Shown in pieces: positions 1 through 13,830 of a DNA stretch of 64,000 bases. This DNA is from Podarcis erhardii (lineage: Eukaryota): the NCBI GenBank assembly GCA_964252035.1, contig OZ176203.1. One strand, 5' to 3'. Below the pieces are notes generated by a model. It had not been told where the DNA came from and did not search any database. It saw only the letters and a program-made list of their open reading frames with translations. Within the stretch, counting starts at the first letter, position 1. Every line of letters starts with the position of its first letter. The position numbers and the translations under genes were made by a program.

Positions 1-280
1 TTTTTTAAACAGGAAAAAACCCCTTGAATTTATCCAACCGTTGGCCTTTAAGCATCTGTGAGACTATTGCCCTTTGTTAAAATCTTTTAGTCCTTCTCTT
101 ACAGAAATGAGGATTCTACTCTAAAGCCATGTTGGACCAACAGAGAGTTGGATCCAAAATAAAGAAAGCCAGCCAGCTAGCACACCTTACCCTCAATTCC
201 ATTCCCACAGCCCTTTTTTCTGCTGCCCAGATGTTTGTTTTTTTTATCCATGATAGGCAGTTCTTGGCATTTGTCTTTCC

Positions 281-400
281 TGGGAGAGAATAGAGGAGTG
301 CACCTTTGGGGGTGAAGTCAAACCATTGGAAAGGTATAGAGCTTGTTGTGGCTCTAGAGACTGATACGGAAGAGAGATGTTTTGCTACAGGTGGGACAGA
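281..400 (+). mobile_element. Fragment of an interspersed repeat, family unassigned (possibly LINE-related), shared with 30060-30580
   Basis: ggagtgcacctttgggggtgaagtcaaaccattgg...ttgtggctctagagac resembles the reverse complement of 30478-30545 (gatgcacctctggggatgaagtcaaaccactgg...ctgtggctgcagagac). Confidence 0.55.
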
Positions 401-404
401 TGAT

Positions 405-689
405 GAAGAAGAAGAAGAAGAGGAAGAAGAAAAAGAGGAGGAGGAGGAGGAGGAGGAGGAGTTGGAGTTTGGATTTGATATCCTGCTTTATCACTACCCT
501 AAGCGGCTAACATTCTCCTTTCCCTTCCTCCCCACAACAAACACTCTGAGGTGAGTGGGGCTGAGAGACTTCAGAGAAGTGTGACTAGCCCAAGGTCACC
601 CAGCAGCTGCAGGTGGAGGAGCGAGGAAGCGAACCCGGTTCACCAGATTATGAGACTACTGCTCTTAACCATTACACCACACTGGCTCT
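405..689 (-). mobile_element. tRNA-derived SINE, Squam3-like, with (CTT/CTC)n tail
   Basis: The reverse complement starts agagccagtgtggtgtaatggttaagagc (A box), has a B-box-like gggttcgcttcc and a gggtgaccttgggctagtcac core, and ends gatatcaaatccaaactc followed by a trinucleotide tail. This tail makes the poly-E of ORF 306..554. Family name from recall. Confidence 0.8.
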
Positions 690-1531
690 GAAGGTGTCCG
701 GTTGTGCTGATGTTGGTGTACCATGACATTTCTTTTCTCTGCACTCTTCCCTGTGGTAATTCCTCCTTTGGTCACTACTGTGGACATATGAAATGACCGG
801 CTGTCTCCAGGCATGGTGGTCATCTGCAAGGGATTCCTGCATGGCAGGCTTGATGTTGCCATCCTTCGTGTCTCATTTGCAAACATCTTTGTAATGCAGA
901 ATAGGTCTGCTAAAGGGCCTGGTGACAGAAGCCAGCTTCCCATAAAGCACATTCCTAGGGATCCTGACATCTTCCATTCTGTGGACATGAGCAAGCTACT
1001 GTGGGAGAGGTAAAATAATTTGTGGATGAAGTGGGTTCTGGTCAGCCATCGGGAGATGGGGTGCTTTAGCAAAGCATGCTATGGGATTCCCCTACTTGTT
1101 TCTACTACTTTGCTTGCTTCTGTATGTTTTCCATGGAGAGTGGAGGCATGGTAAATATGTTTTGTCCACTGGGTGTGGGTGTGGATCTGAACCAACTCAG
1201 GTTTCTTTGGTTGTGGCTGGTGCCACTTTCTAGTCTTTGTGTTTCTTTTGTGTGTTTCTTCTGTGTTGGGTCCATGTCACTCATCCTATGTGGATTGGCT
1301 CCCTCCATGTATGTGTGGTTTTTTGCCATCGTTGTTTTTGCTTGTGTGTTTCCCCACTCCTGCTCCATGTACCACACATTTGATGTTCCTCTAGCATGGA
1401 TGTGGCATATCTCTGCGCCAGCATATGGTATTGTGAGTCTGGGATTGTTCTCTAAATCATCTTATATATCCAGTATCTTGGAAATTCATTCTAGTCCATG
1501 TCCAGAGGCAAACTAATAACTTCAGAGTAGG

Positions 1532-1828
1532 CTCCCAGTATGTTTCCGAGCACAATTCAAAGTGTTGGTGTGGACCTTTAAAGCCCTAAATGGCCTCGGC
1601 CCAGTATACCTGAAGGAGCATCTCCACCCCCATCATTCTGCCCGGATGCTGAGGTCCAGCGCCGAGGGCCTTCTGGCGGTTCCCTCATTGCAAGAAGCAA
1701 AGCTACAGGGAACCAGGCAGAGGGCCTTCTTGGCAGTGGTGCCCGCCCTGTGGAACGCCCTCCCATTAGATGTCAAAGAGATAAACAACAACTTAACATT
1801 CAGAGGATATCTGAAGGCAGCCCTGTTC
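1532..1828 (+). mobile_element. L2 LINE 3' fragment
   Basis: Translates to FKALNGLGPVYLKEHLHPHH...LQGTRQRAFLAVVPALWNALP, closely similar to the C-terminus of the long L2 ORF at 32229..33290. Confidence 0.9.
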
Positions 1829-3831
1829 AAAGCAAAATGGACACCCGTGGGCAACAGGCCTGTTGATGTTTTCAGGATTAAGACACTATTTTGTGTTGGT
1901 TCAGTTCTTTTTTTTTTTTTTTTTTTTGAATGACAGCTGTAATGGAAATTTATGAGATTTACCAGCATTTTTTTAAAAAAGTAATGCAATTCACATATAT
2001 ACAAAGCAGTAGGCTGAAGCCAAGCATTCTATACTGATAAATCTGATGCAAAACATGAATTAGTAAGCTGTAGAAAAATAATAAAAATACACTAATATAT
2101 TAAGTAAGTTTTTAGCACAACCACTTTGGAATTCCCTTAAGAAATACCATTTACATTTTCAGCTATTCTTTGCATATTTGTTGTTAATAAGTGTGTCCTG
2201 TCTGTGCACTAATAATGCTTTGCTAATGAACTATTCACAATGTAGCTGCACTTGAAAATAACCCACTCTAAGCTATCCAGCTGTTGTGATGAAATTCCGT
2301 CCGTACTTTTCTTGGCGACCTTAATGAACAGATAATAATCTAGAATTCATTACCGGATCAAGAGCAATAGCAGCAAAAGGTTCAAGTAGTCTGTTCATAA
2401 TTATTTTTCCTTCCAGCATCAAATTATCCATACTTCCATCAATACTTTCTTTAAAATGTAAAGAAAAAGAGGATATTTAGATTGTGAAGCATTTTAAGGA
2501 TAAACCGCAAAGTACAAAATTTACAACATAGACTCTAGTCTTGTTGGGAGATGAGTTCAAGACTTTGCTGCGCTTCTGAGGTGGTATCAGGCTATGTGAG
2601 ATAAATCATAACAGCCAATATAAAGTATTATTTCTTTAGCAAGGTTTATAGATCCCTTATTGACTCTCTAACTGGTATGCACAATAAGCTTATCAGTAAA
2701 TCAGATAAAAGCAGCTAAACTGTTTTTAAAAAACAAGGATACATAACATAATAATCAATAAAACACAGATTAAAACCAAGTATAGATAACTGAAGTATAT
2801 GTCTAGAGAGGCTTGCTGAGCTTTAAAATAAATAAATAATGAAGTTTCCAAAGGCATCTAAAACAATATAGTGAGAGAATAGTGAATGAATAATTGGAGG
2901 AGCCATTTTGCTGCCTGAGGCAAAGGACAAGATGGTGTATTCCCCATTCTGTGCACAAAATCTGACTAGACTGGTAGTTGAAATTTACTTCAGCACCAAT
3001 GATGGAACGAAGTCCCCACTGCATCCTAGGACAGCCAGCTAGCTTAGGGGCTGCAGGACAGACCACATAGGACACAATCTATTGCCAAACCCCCAGAATT
3101 TGCCATCTGAGGAAGCTGCCTTGGGACTGGGACCATAGAGACATGCTTTTTAATCATCAGCTACAATGGGCTGAGTTTTCTGTAAGAGAAACCCATGAAT
3201 TTTCTGAGAGAAGCCCATGAATAGTGCCACACAGGAAAGATGTGATACAAAATAATCAGCAATGTCAATGAGCCTCCAGCTTCACTTTATCTAAACTGCA
3301 GGGACTTTTTTTTATTATAAAAAAGGTTTCACTTACACTGCAAGAGAAAGTAAGAATGACTGTGGGTATTAAACATTTATTATTATTCCTATTATTACTA
3401 CTACAGCTACTATTTCAAATTAGTACCTGCCCTTCACCATAAGGTCCCAGGATGGATCACAGCAATTGAAAAATACAATATTAAAAGCAGTTTAAAACAA
3501 ACTACAGTCACACAAATCAGGTGGATTCTGAAAATATGTATTTCAAGTATCAAATGCCTGGATAAAGAGTCTTCAGCATAAGATGGAAACGGCTTACTAC
3601 GCAGCCTCACCAGTGCCCCATGAGCTTCATTCAGGTGGTCTGTGACAAAACTGTAAAAACGCCATTAAAATAATACAGAATCTAGCATAGCACATTACAA
3701 TAGCTACAACAAGCAGAAAATCATGAAGCAGTCCAACAAGACCCTCTGTAATTCTTAAGTTGTCCATGTGGTCTAGAGAATATCAAAACTCTAGAAAATA
3801 CATTACTTGCTCACCGCTGGACAGATTTCTG

Positions 3832-4630
3832 CAGTGGTTTTCAACCAGTGTGCTGTGGCACCCTGGGGTGCCTTGAATCATGGTCTGGGTGCTGTGGGCA
3901 ACACTGGCCTCTGTCCCTTTCCTTCACTCCCTCATCTGATGCCCTTTCACATCTCTGCCTCTGCATGTGTGGCTGTTTGTTGCAACAGCCCTGACTACAA
4001 TCTCCCCAGGTGAATATCATCTCAGGGGCTGCTGGCTGCCAGAAGCTGAAGCTGCCTCAGGGTAAGCAAGCGGGTGAGGGAGCCCAGCCAGCTAGTTCAC
4101 CAGCTGTTGCTGTTGGGAATGGATGGACAAGTGGGAGGGCAGGCAGGCAAGCACCGCACTGGCCTTTCTTGTGCTTGCTGTGTGCAATGCCTACCTGGGA
4201 GCTGAGTGTCCGGCACCGAAGGGGAGCCTTTCCACCATGCAGACCTGGCGGCGCCCGCAGCTGCTCCTGCTGCTTCCCAAGGTGAGTAAGGTGCTGGTCT
4301 CACTTTCACCTTTGTCCAGTCTCTGTAGGTCTGACAAGCATCCTCTTCCCAGTATCCTGGGGGTGGCGGCGTGAGGAGGCACCTCTCTTTGGGGCAACTC
4401 AGAGACCAGGGGTGGTGGCAGCAGCTGCCCAGAGGACTCCCAAGGAGAGAGGAGAGGAGGTTGAGGGAACATTCCACAAGGGAGGGTGTCTGAGAAGAGG
4501 TGAGGAGCTGCAGGCAAGAGGTGAGATAACTGGGATTTTGAGGCTCAGAGCACATTTCCCCACAGGGGAGCCGTAGAAAGAATGTAGTTGGTCAGGGGAG
4601 CCATGGACTCAAAAAGGTACAAAACCTCTG
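3832..4630. mobile_element. Old non-autonomous hAT-type DNA transposon
   Basis: The left end cagtggttttcaacc and right end aaaaaggtacaaaacctctg are degenerate TIRs. The 8-bp flanks gatttctg / gattagtg match at 6 of 8 positions. Confidence 0.6.
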
Positions 4631-5614
4631 GATTAGTGTATTCACTAAGGTGACTCCCCCAAATCTGCCTTGTGTCTTCATGTTAGGAATGCAGATGAAC
4701 TTCCTTTAAATGGAACAATAAAAATAGTGAAGCAAATGCTTGGCTTACACTCCACTGGCCTTGAAGGAGTGTTGATAGCTTGTTGACCTACCTTTTGTCT
4801 CAGTTTTGGCTTCTTGTCCTCTTTGCCCTCATCAGTGTCTATTTCTGGTTAAGGGACTTCACTTCTGATGCAGTTTCTCCTCTTCTCTCATCCATTTCCG
4901 TCAAATTTGCCTGCTTCTTGTCACTCACCATAATAAGTCAGATATGATTTTGTACAGTAAGTCTGATATACACATATATTCATTACTCTCATTCTTCTAT
5001 TATCCATATAGTATTACTATTTGTAATGTAATCAATCACAAGCTGAATCAATGAGTGAATGTTTGAATGGATGATAGCTCTGCTTAAACTGCTGAAAGCT
5101 ATTGATGGCTATCTCAAGAAGGGGGGTGGGCTTTGCCTTTGAGAATCTGAGAGGTGAGCTACCTTCCTCAGAAACTACAAATTAACAAGGAATGAATTTG
5201 CTGAAATTGAATAGACAGGGCAGTGGTCTTCCAGAGAGAACAGAATTCTGTTAACTATGGTGCCAACCTGCCTATTGTGTCACTTTGGACGTAAGTTCAT
5301 AGTTCTAAAAAGAGACATTTTGAGGGTGAACATCCCTACAGCACCCCAAAGAATACTCCATCAGTGTCCTACTCTGCTTCCAGACTGGTCACCTAATTAG
5401 ACACAGAAACAATAATTGGAAACACTATTATTGCAGAGCATGTACGAATGTACTGTTTAACTCAGAGCTCTTGAAAAGATGAAATAAATAAATCATTTTT
5501 TGGGAAATCTGGTACCTTTGTCTTTTTAAAAATATGCTTTTTATTAGTTTTCTTACACACAAGATATTAACAAAAATGATAAAATAATAACAAGAATACA
5601 TACATACATGCATA

Positions 5615-6325
5615 CATACATAAATCCATATGTTCTTACAAAAGAACTTATGCCACCATATTCTTCATTCCCAGTTCCTTATCTTCCCCAATAGACTTCT
5701 GTCCTCCTCAAAGCGGGTCTGTCTTAACTGTTTAATAAACTGCTTCTTTAATCATATTACCATTTCTTCTGTTATCTGAATGCTATACTTATAATCCATA
5801 TTGTGTTTTGGGAAAATTAATCAAAGCATGTCCAGGTTTTAATTTGAGGGTACTGTTTTTAAAAATATTCTTTATAAATTTCCCACTCCTTTTGGAACTT
5901 TTGGTTTGGCTGTCTCCTAATTGTCTCTGTCATTTTTGCCATTTCGAGATATTCAAATAATTTATCCTTCCATTCCTCTTTTGTTGGTACTAATTCTCCT
6001 TTCCAATTTCTGGCAATTAATACTCTTGCTGCTGTTGTAGCATATAAGAATATTCTCTTTTTTCATTTGGAATAGCTGAATCTAAAATGCCTAAGAGGAA
6101 GTCTTCTGGTTTCTTTATGAAAGTTTGCTTAAACATTTTTTTCAATTCCTCGTATATAATATTCCAAAAATTCTTAATTTTTTTTGCAACCCCACCACAT
6201 ATGAAACAGTGTCCATTCTGTCTGTTTACACCTCCAGCATGTATTACTTTCATTTTATACATTTTGGATAGTTTGCTAGGAGTTATACACTACCTGGTAT
6301 CTTTGTCTTGGTCCATGTGCTTTCC
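5615..6325 (-). mobile_element. Degenerate L1-clade LINE 3' fragment (ORF2 C-terminal Cys/His-rich region)
   Basis: ORF 6017..6262 contains KKIKNFWNIIYEELKKMFKQTFIKKPEDFLLGIL, typical of the L1 ORF2 C-terminus after the zinc knuckle. It is frameshifted and followed by an AT-rich 3' UTR. Confidence 0.75.

Positions 6326-6361
<36 letters not shown>
6326..6361. repeat. (AAGT)n microsatellite
   Basis: About 9 perfect units seen directly. Confidence 0.95.
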
Positions 6362-6474
6362 GTTCTCTAGCATTCCCCGTTCTTCAAATTTGTACTCTGT
6401 ATAGAATTCTCTCTTAACAGAGGATCTTTGTTCCAACTTTGAATATCCTTCATGCAGAATCTAAGTGGAGAATG

Positions 6475-7280
6475 GAGTACACCTGGAGTACTGTGTCCAG
6501 TTCTGGGCAACACAATTTAAGAAGGATATTGACAAGCCGTAACGTGTGCAGAAGATTATCAAGCATCTAGAAAACAAGTATGATGACGAATGGTTGAGGT
6601 AGTTGTGCATATTTACCCTGGATAAGAAGAGACTGAGAGAAGATATGATAGCCATCTTCAGACAGAGGTGCCAACTCAGGGGGCCACGCCCTTTTGGAGA
6701 GGGGGCTGCGCCCATGTCCCCAAAAATAGAGATGGAGGAGGCTGAGAATGGAGGCGAGTGCTGCATTAGCTTCAGCTGCTGACTTCTTCTTCTCCTCTTC
6801 CTGTCATGGAGGGGAAAGAGAGTTGAAGCAGCCTCCTACTGGTGGCAGTAGCAGGAGGAAGCAGATGAGGAACTGCCAGCCACTGAAGCCATGCTGCCGC
6901 TGCGTCTGGCTCCTCTCCTGACTCCTCTTGATGTCCTGACATCACATGTGAGTGACATCACGTGCGCAAAGTTGGCCCTCCATTGCCCTCACAAGTTGGC
7001 GCCTTGTCTTCAAATATCTAAGGGCTGTCAAATGTAAGATGGAAGAAGCTTGCTTTCTCTTGCTCCAGATGGTAGGACCTGAACACATGACTTCAAGTTA
7101 CAAGAATGGAGATTCCGACTAAGCAGTTGAATTGACTCCCTCAGATTCTTCTGCATTCGGGGTTTGGAAGCAGAAGTTGAATGGCTATCTGTCATGCTTT
7201 AGTTGAGATACTTGCATTGCAGATGGTTGGACTAGATGACCCTCAAGGTATCTTGCTATTATACAATTCTATGATTCTAT
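6475..7280 (+). mobile_element. CR1 LINE 3' fragment split by a MITE insertion
   Basis: cacctggagtactgtgtccagttctggg (HLEYCVQFW). gccatcttca at 6660 resumes as tcttcaaatatctaaggg at 7007, and the fragment ends in a ttctatgattctat CR1 tail. Confidence 0.85.
6663..7006. mobile_element. hAT-type MITE nested in CR1
   Basis: TIRs cagaggtgccaact / agttggcgccttg; 8-bp TSD tcttcaga / tcttcaaa (7 of 8). Confidence 0.8.
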
Positions 7281-7612
7281 TGATTCATTGAGAGAGATCA
7301 TTGACCCCATCTCATTGCATAATGGGCAGAAATGACTGTTAAACCTCTCTGGTGTAAATATGTCATTATAACATCCAGAAGTCCCACTGTCTTCAAATGA
7401 GCTTACTACCCATTTGTGTTTAGGACTGCATCGTTAATCTACACCAACTGAATTTAAACAGACTTAGAGTACAATCCTCTATATGCCTACAGAGAAGTCC
7501 CATTGACTTCAATGGACTTAATCTATGGTAGGCAGGTTGCAGCCCATTCTGGGAGCTATGGGGAATGTAACATATCTTCTAATTCTCAGCATAGTCATAG
7601 GATCCTTTAGGG

Positions 7613-7748
7613 CAGTGTTTCCCAACCTTGGGTCTCCAGCTGTTTTTGGACTACAACTCCCATCATTCCTTGCTAGCAAGACCAATGGTCAGGGATGATG
7701 GGAATTGTAGTCCAGCAGCAGCTGGAGACCCAAGGTTGGGAAACACTG
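7613..7748. mobile_element. Palindromic hAT MITE (gactacaactcccatc family)
   Basis: Hairpin with TIR cagtgtttcccaaccttggg / cccaaggttgggaaacactg and a perfect 8-bp TSD ctttaggg. Confidence 0.92.
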
Positions 7749-9329
7749 CTTTAGGGGAAGCTGTGAAAGTGAAACCAATAGAAAATCATTGTATGTCTTT
7801 AATGCAAATATACTTTAATTATTTTGAGAATCCTGCCCTTCCTACTGCCCTGGCCCCTGAATTCACACTAAGCAACCCAGAGTAAGACTTGATCACATCA
7901 TTAAGCTACTGAATTTTGACTATTAAGTAATTGTGGCTTTGGGCTTTTATATGTTCTCATATACAGATGCAAATGTTGTATTCTGCATATCACTTTTATA
8001 GCAATAAAGTAATTACTTTTCAGAAATGATTCATTATATTGGGCAAAATGCTAATTTTCATTGCTGGAGGATATACAGATAACTGGCAAAGACATTGAGA
8101 TTCACAATGAAGGGATGGGTACCTTTAAATGTCATCAGAGTAATTTGAAACATTAAAAACTCTGCCTTGGAAAACTTGTCTGAATGCATTATCATAACTC
8201 ACTGCAGTCACTTTTCAGATATATCTTGAAGTCTGTAACCCACAAACTCACAAATAGTTTCACTGGATTAAGTACTCTGGAGTGAATCAGTTGACATCTT
8301 TAGCCTATCAGTTTTTAGTGTTCTGAAGGTCCAAGTAAACTCAGGAGATGACCTTGGGCCAGTCAGTGTTTCTCAGACTACCTTCCTAACAAGATTGTTG
8401 TGGAAATAAAAGGAAGGAAGAACTATAGTTGCAACCCTGAACTCCTAGAAAGCAAGCAGGAATGTAATGAACTTAATATATTTATCAAATTTATGACCTA
8501 ACTTTCTCCCTGCAGCTTCTATTTTAGCATGCTAGGAAATCTGTTTCTTAAGACTGCTCCACAAGGTTCATGGCTGAATGTGGATGTGAATGAACAGACC
8601 TGTTCATGACCAACACTCTCATTTCCCCTCTGGTTCCTATCCAGCGGTATGCATGGAATGGAATAAGTGTTTGTAGCTGTCTAAATCTCATCCATGCTCC
8701 CTCACCACCGAACAACTGATCAGTGCAACTACCATTTTCTGACTAAGGCAAGATGTGCTTCCTCTCCATCAAATGATGGAATTATTCTGTATGTGTATCT
8801 CCCTTTGGCTTTTAAAGTCAAAGAGGAAAGGACTGGAGGAAGCCATGGTTCTGCAAAAGAACAGAGAGTTATATTTCACTCGTCATCAATAGCACCAGGC
8901 AAGACAATTATTAGGGAAAGCTCTCACGATCTCTAGAGAGGTCTAATGTTGTACTTAATTTTTTAAAAAAATCCTACCAACATTCTTTTGACTTTTGTCA
9001 AAACAGATGAAAACTGGTGATAATGCTAGACCTTGAGGACCACCTAGCCAATGCAGTCTCATCATAAAACACTTCAAGAGGATCAGAAGTGCTGTACCCC
9101 TAGCAAGAGCATAAAAGAAACCTGCTTTACAATTCTGGGAGCTATGGGTAAAACTATCACCAGGAACTTATGAGTGTTATAAACATAGGAGGTTATCTGA
9201 CTAAGAGTGTTGTAAGGTGAGGTTTGTCTGAGTCCCTCAATAGTGACTTTCAGGTGGAATTTAAAAACATTCCTGACTACCCAGGCATTTGGTGGCTGAA
9301 AAATATTGTTTCTGTATCCTGGAACCCAG

Positions 9330-10630
9330 GAGAACATGATCACTTCCTCCCAAGTTTCCGAGCACTTCCACTTTATCAATCAGTTCCTCCCTATTGGTGA
9401 GGACCAGGTCCAAGACAGATGATCCCCTTGTTGGTTCTTCCACCTTCTGGGAAATGAAATTGTCAGTGATGCAATGGAGGAATTTGTCAGACCTTACACT
9501 CTTGGCAGAGTTTGAGTTCCAGCAGATATCAGGGAAGTTGAAGTCCCCCATGATTTATATTTCTCTCCTTTTTGAATGTTTGGTAATCTTCTCTAGTAAG
9601 GCCAAGTGTTCAGTCTGGCTATAGCAGACACCCACAGTAAGGTCACTGTTGTTTCTCCTACAATTTTTACCCATATACTCTCAATCTGCTTTTCATGCTC
9701 CAGGTCATGGATTTCTTCACAAGTGTACACATCCTTTATATACAATGCTGCTACTCCTCCCTTCCTATTTGGTCTATTCCTTTTGAACAGGTCATATCCC
9801 TCAGTTCCTACATTCCAGTCATGAGTCTCATCCTACCAGGTTTCAATAATGCCTACCAGGTCGTATTTGCCATCCTGTATTAAAAGCTCCAGTTCATCTT
9901 GTTTGTTTCCCATACTCCGTGCATTTGTGTAGAGACAACTGAAACCATGAGTTGTTCCCCCCAGCTGCTTTCTTCCTGTAGTTTCTTGCCCTTTAGCAGG
10001 TTTCTGGAGCACCACCTCAGTTTCCTGTGCATCAATGAGGCTATTATCCTCAGTGCCAGGTGCTCTTTTGTCATTCGTATTGTTTTCTCCTTCCCCCTCA
10101 AGATCTAGTTTAAAGCTCTCCTGATCAGATTCTCAAGGAAGCGGAGACCATGATCCAAGAAGCCAAACCCTTCCTGACGACACCACCTGCGCAGCTAGTG
10201 GTTTACTGCAGTATTTTCCTCTTTCTTCTTGGGCCACGACCTTCAACAGGAAGCTACCTTTGCCCCAAAACTCTCCAGCTGCCCAGTGAGTCCTAGTTCC
10301 TTGCTATGTATTGCAGGCTATGCATGACAGTATTATTTGTACCCACATGAATCAGAAAGAAGGGGTAGTGGTCAGTGGGCTTTATAAGACTTGGCAATTT
10401 CTCCGTCACATCGTGAATCTTTTCACCCAGAAGACAGAACACCACCTGTGACATCCTGTTTCTTCCGTACACTACTGCCTCTGTTTCCCCCAGTAGGGAG
10501 TCCCCTATCACCCCGATTCATCTCCTAATCCTCCTCTGGAATCATTCTATGGGCTGTGCCTTCCAAAGTCTGCTTGGAGTGTTCTGAGGTCTGCTTCTGT
10601 TGTTCTCGAGTCTTCCCCTCTTGTTTATTG
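9330..10630 (-). mobile_element. CR1 LINE 5' fragment: ORF1 SGNH/GDSL esterase plus ORF2 APE endonuclease, no RT
   Basis: ORF 10293..10511 has IGDSLL...HVGTN (esterase). ORF 9833..10015 has CLYTNARSMGNKQDELE...GIIETW and ORF 9261..9551 has [11 protein letters not shown]...LDLVLTN...GSDH (endonuclease). The frames are broken. Confidence 0.9.
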
Positions 10631-12352
10631 GAACTTATTGTTGAGATACAAAAAGGAATTCGCTTGAAAAAGGAATGAGCTGAAAACTAGGATGAGATAT
10701 GCATACTCCTGTTATGAAAAGAAACTTAGAAAATCTCTAAGGTAAACTGAAAGGCAGGTATGACAAAACACAGCCAACATTTGAAACAACAGAGATAACA
10801 TGGGGAAATCCATTCATCCTTACACAATATACATTTTTACAGCACAATTGTATGCCTGCTTAGTGAGTAGTAAGACCCATTAAGCTTAATGGGACTTAAT
10901 CCCAGGCATGTGCACATAAGAGTGCAGCCTTGGTTGTTTACTCAAGGAGAAACAACCACTTTTTCTTCCTGACCCAAAGGTGTCTCATCACAATGAGGCT
11001 GAAGTGATACTTGCTGAGTTATTTTGGCATTAATCACATTTACTATGTGGCAGACCACAATTCTCTTGTTCTTGGGCACCACCCTTGGGAGCAGAAGGTC
11101 ACTGTTATCAAACAGCAGTGTCTGCAGCCGCTCATGCTGAGTCCCACTTCCGTGACAGAGGTCAGAGAGAAGCAATTGAAGTTAATTTTATGAGACATCT
11201 GTTACATCTGTGGTTATAGTAATTCATCAGGATTGCCCTCCAAGTATCACTTGCTGAGAGGAATGGCAAAGATAGCAGAGACCCTAAGATAATAGTAGCA
11301 GTTCGTCTTTTTAATTAATAATGTGTAATGAAACTATGCTTCAAATAGGTAACAAAATCAGTCCAACCTAAATGGAAATACATCCGTGGATAGATAAAGT
11401 GTCTCAATAATTAGCAAGTTTTGCTTTCCTATGCTGGTCCTAGAACACAGGAAGCAGCCTCATACCAGACTATTTGTGGCTGGATATTCTGAAGTTCACC
11501 TTGTTTTCTATTAAGTCAGACAGCACCCGTTCACCCATTCATCAAGTAGTGACTTGCCAAAGCCATCCCATGAATTTTAGGGAGTGGTGATCCAGGGAAG
11601 CAGGAATTTGAACACCAGCCTATTTGATCAAAATATCATGCCACAGAAAGTGTGTGTTCGCTATCAGCACATGTTAACTAACAGTAGTACATTAACATCC
11701 TTCAAAAAGTTTAATTGGCCTTGAGTTCATTTAGACCACACCTGGAGAGCTTTGACCCACTAAGCTGTTGCTTGAAAAATAAACCTGGTTTTGCAGGTCT
11801 AGATAATCAGCAAGAGGTTTACAGATGGTGACCTGCATTTGGCCTGGCGATCCACAAGTTGCACAACCCTGATTTAGCCTAACCCCTTTGTAGCAGAATA
11901 GATTCTCTCAATCTAAACACATATTTCATTGAACCACAAATGAAGAACAAAGCCAAGATACTGAAAGGTACATATACATATGCATACATGTGTACATATT
12001 GTTGCAGATCCCAGTTAGGAATGCACAAGCATCCTGCCTCTTGCCACTGCAGGGATCAAACCTTTGCCAGCCTTCTACTCAAACATTTGCAAAGGCTTAC
12101 AGTAAGCACTATGTGAGCACTTGATGTGAATATACACAAAGCATCTACTACCACTCCCCTTCCTTACCTTTAAGAAACCTACCTTGAATCGGGGAGACCA
12201 GGAAAGGTGTTGACTGTGATTGGCCCCCAAACTGCAGCACAGAGTCCTTTTCTGTTAGGAATTACAAGCCCCAGAATCTTTCATAGGAAAAGTCACATGA
12301 AACTTGTAGCCATAGTACTCAATGGGAAAATATATTCCAGCAGAGTCTAGAG

Positions 12353-12574
12353 CAGTAGTTCCCAACCTTTTTTGGCCATGCCCCACCTAAGGATCTCTAA
12401 AATCCTGATGTCCCGCCCCCATGACATATAATTCTTATTATTCAAAAATGAACTCCTATTCACGTGGAGGAAGCCTAAAAGGCCATTAACTGTTAATAAC
12501 TCATTATCAAATTGTCCTCCATAAAATTCAAATTGCCCTCCTGTGGGGCCTGTGCCCTGCATTGGGAACCATGG
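12353..12574. mobile_element. hAT-type MITE
   Basis: TIRs cagtagttcccaac / attgggaaccatgg; 8-bp TSD gtctagag / gtctaaag (7 of 8). Confidence 0.75.
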
Positions 12575-13830
12575 GTCTAAAGTCACCTGCTGGAGACATT
12601 CTATGACTTCCTCTGCCCCAAGGCAAGTTTATGTTGATGGTTCACAGGCTCGCCAGGAACACAGCTTTGCTTACATGGTTGTGATTGTCTTGATTCTGCT
12701 CAGAAATATTGCTTGAAGTACCACCTCTAATTAATGGGTTCCAAATCAAATTTTATGTAACTGTGAATACTGGGTCATGCAACACTTCTCTTCCCTAAAG
12801 GGAGATGATAATATCTCATTTGCAGAAGAGGAAACAGATCAACAAATGATGGAGTAGGTAAACTTTAGTTGTGATACCTTTTACTTTTACTCTACGTGGT
12901 AAAAAAAACATAATTCTCACATCATTTTGGATGTATGCTAGTTTAGCACCATAAAAGGCTATTAGGCAAGGCTGACATAATGTGCAAATGCTCTGATTTT
13001 TGTGGATCTGTTTTGTGGATCACACTGTGCCACTCTTTGCATCAAGTTTGATTTGATTGCTTGTCATAGTAAATACCCAGCTATATATTGTGCTGCCTTG
13101 TCATGACTAATTTGTGGTTTCACTTTTATCTGTACAGTTAGCATCATTGCTTTTCCATTAGGAGTGGTAATGTAATCTTAAGGACAAGTAATTTTAGCAT
13201 CTACCAGATGGTGGTCTGGAAAAGGAATGACGATAATGCCGGAAACTTAACAGGCACCAGAACAAGCACAGACAGCAGGTGCTTGACAGCTGCCAGGGAC
13301 ACATCTGTCAAGAAGGTAAGCATAACTCATGTTCTAGGATTGATGTACATACATGATTTGGCTAGGAGTGAATAAAACATATGGTTGACCTGCAGTACTA
13401 GCTGGAATTTCGCTTCCCTGCACTTGAAGTGAATTTGGAAGATTCTCCCACTGAAGAACTTTTGAGGGCATCAAAAAGAAAACTACCACATTTTCAAGGA
13501 CACTTTGCAAATTTTTAAGCTCCCACCAAGTTCTGACTAAAGCAAAATTTTGAACAGAATCATGCAAGAGGTTCAAGGAAAACAAACTGAGTTTTGCAAG
13601 ATTAGGGTGTGTCCGTCCCCCCGCTGGCCCAGAGCCCCAGGAGATACATTTTTGCCATCTTTCTAATTCAATTTCACCACCACACAAGCATTAATTAGAC
13701 CAATGGGAAATTATTACCTACCAATTCTGGATTCACAACCCCCAAAGTAACAAGAAACCTTGTGTCATTTATAAGCATGTGTTGAAAGGATGGAAAGAAC
13801 CCTAATATTCTTTGATGCCTTATACTAAAC

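Noticed and set aside
306-554. Poly-glutamate ORF
   Set aside because: The acidic run is the (GAA/GAG)n tail of a minus-strand SINE, and the ORF spans two unrelated repeats.
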